NCBI GenBank assembly: GCA_021325135.1
Contig: JAJPHT010000031.1
Span: forward strand, 1 to 56,955
Direction of reading: 5' to 3'
DNA length: 56,955 nt
Source: Pseudomonadota bacterium
GTDB lineage: Archaea; Thermoplasmatota; SW-10-69-26; JACQPN01; JAJPHT01
The notes below the pieces were generated by a model, which ran no database searches, had not been told where the DNA came from, and saw nothing but the letters and a program-made list of their open reading frames with translations. Shown piece after piece: positions 55,491 through 56,955 of the stretch. The position numbers were made by a program, and so were the translations under genes. Numbering within the stretch: position 1 is the stretch's first letter; the number at the start of each line of letters is the position of its first letter.

Positions 55491-55741
55491 GGGAGCAACT
55501 CCTGGTCGATCAGCGTGGTTCCGTCTAGGGTAACCGTGAGGTGGTTCGGGCTGGCCGTGACGCACGAGGGGCCGACGCAGGCCACCATAGGCTCGTCCTT
55601 GATGCACACGGGAGGGGTGCCGGTCGCCCCTGGGGGGCAGCCGGTTGCGGCGGCGCTGGGTGTCATGGCGCCCAATGCAGCCATCGCCACCAGGGCGACC
55701 GCCACGAGCGGCGCGGTCTTGAGTCTGAGGTTCCTGCTCAT
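55487..55741 (-). CDS. Small secreted Cys-containing protein
   Basis: Signal peptide ending SAAA; 4 Cys; ATGA overlap with next gene. Confidence 0.65.
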   Translation of the reverse strand: MSRNLRLKTAPLVAVALVAMAALGAMTPSAAATGCPPGATGTPPVCIKDEPMVACVGPSCVTASPNHLTVTLDGTTLIDQELLP

Positions 55742-56122
55742 ACGTCTCATCTCGATGAAGGCTCGCGTCGATGCTGGCGGATCCGGACGCCGCGAAGCTC
55801 CGCAAGGGGCTGACGACAGTGGCCGGGCGCTATCCGCGGTCGGGGCTGCACGTCCGCGAGCGCAGCGTCGCGACAATATCTCTCTCAAGCAAGGTCGTTG
55901 TGGGGGAAAATTGTGAAGCCAATCCGTAATGAGAGAAGATATCACGTTTTGTATTCACCTGTTTCCACAGTGTCGATTTCTTCTAGGATTCATGTGAAAT
56001 TTTGAAACACGGTTGTGATGGCAAACTGAATGGGGATTATCACTGTTTTCCTCCAATACGGATATCTTTTGGAGCGATGTTGCAACTGATCCCTGGCATT
56101 TGGTCGGGTAGAAGGTTATTTC

Positions 56123-56955
56123 ATGCGCAAGATTTCGATCCTCCTCGGTGCGCTTCTCGCCGTGGCGATGGCGCACGCCGTTGTCGTCGTGAACGCGAAC
56201 AGCGTGTGCGTTGGCGCGAACCAGCCGGTGCATACCTACGGCTCTTCCGTCACGGTCGGAGTAAACTCGCATACGCTCGCGACGTCTGGAGGGGCGGGTA
56301 ACGTCCTGGTCGACGACACGAACACGGCGGATTGCAACAACGATGGCATCTCCAGTGACTTCGACGGAGACTTTGACGCGGGTGTTGGCGGCGGCTTCTT
56401 CGGCAGCACCAACGCGTGGGACGTGGCCGATGGCTGCGGCTACGACCTCAACGTCCACACCTCGACCGGCACCGTGACGGACATCACGAGCCTGCCCGTG
56501 AGCGGCAACTTCGGCGTCGACGACGTCGCCGGGCCCATTCCGGTCAGCCAGAGCACGGGCGAGTTCGACCAGCCCATCGACGACCTGGTCGCGATCCTGA
56601 CCCCCCTCGGCCCCGTCTGGGGCGCCGACGACACCCCCGGCGGCCTTGACAACACGCTCGACACGCTCGTGATCCCCCTGCCCGAGCCCGTGGGCCCCAT
56701 CGCCCTGGGCGACCTGAGCGAGTCCAGCACCGTCACGAGCTGCCAGACCGACGGCTCGATCACGCCCCTGGTGGACGCGAACGACTGCCTCGCGGCCTTC
56801 ACGACCTCCTGGAAGACCACCGACCCCGCCTCCGCGAACAACGCCGGCGGCTACACCACCTGCCCCCGCGCGGGCGGCGACGACGGCTACTGGATCTTCC
56901 TCCAGAGCGGCGTCACCGAGGACGGCGGCGGCGCGACCGTCGGAACGGCCACGAC
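56123..56955 (+). CDS. Secreted acidic protein (3' truncated by window; absent from ORF track)
   Basis: MRKISILLGALLAVAMAHA signal peptide; frame open to window end; DCNNDG..DFDGDFD Ca-binding-like motif. Confidence 0.8.
   Translation, partial: MRKISILLGALLAVAMAHAVVVVNANSVCVGANQPVHTYGSSVTVGVNSHTLATSGGAGNVLVDDTNTADCNNDGISSDFDGDFDAGVGGGFFGSTNAWDVADGCGYDLNVHTSTGTVTDITSLPVSGNFGVDDVAGPIPVSQSTGEFDQPIDDLVAILTPLGPVWGADDTPGGLDNTLDTLVIPLPEPVGPIALGDLSESSTVTSCQTDGSITPLVDANDCLAAFTTSWKTTDPASANNAGGYTTCPRAGGDDGYWIFLQSGVTEDGGGATVGTAT

Noticed and set aside
55870-56122. Replication origin (oriC)
   Set aside because: Only a partial GTGGAAAC match, no repeated ORB with G-string and no cdc6/orc1 gene within the window.

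Overview
High-GC archaeal chromosomal window. Archaeal markers are NAC, a GPN-loop GTPase, diphthine-ammonia ligase, tRNA-Ile2(CAU), PGF-CTERM-type sorting signals and BRE/TATA promoters. The proteome is not strongly acidic, which suggests a non-halophilic lineage such as Thermoplasmatota (inference). Housekeeping genes (pheT 3' end, nac, nnr, MTAP, deaminase, dph6, leuB-like, GPN, purD, pyrE, two tRNAs) are interleaved with many secreted, lipoprotein and surface proteins. The best candidate for an undescribed system is a GxxExxY (PD-(D/E)xK) nuclease gene bracketed by perfect 21-bp inverted repeats. It is accompanied by several gene-less long palindromes with the same cap + ACGCG + 8/9-nt periodic arm architecture, suggesting an autonomous/non-autonomous repeat-mobilising system. 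Other highlights: a split transcobalamin-like gene pair (alpha barrel + DUF4430), an HTH-TM-ectodomain-CTERM membrane regulator facing a VIT/vWA gene across a 21-bp perfect palindrome, a tRNA-3'-derived direct plus inverted repeat, an AbrB/phasin-like + ABC1 kinase module and a family of Cys-rich secreted mini-proteins. All family assignments are from motif recognition by eye; no database searches were run.
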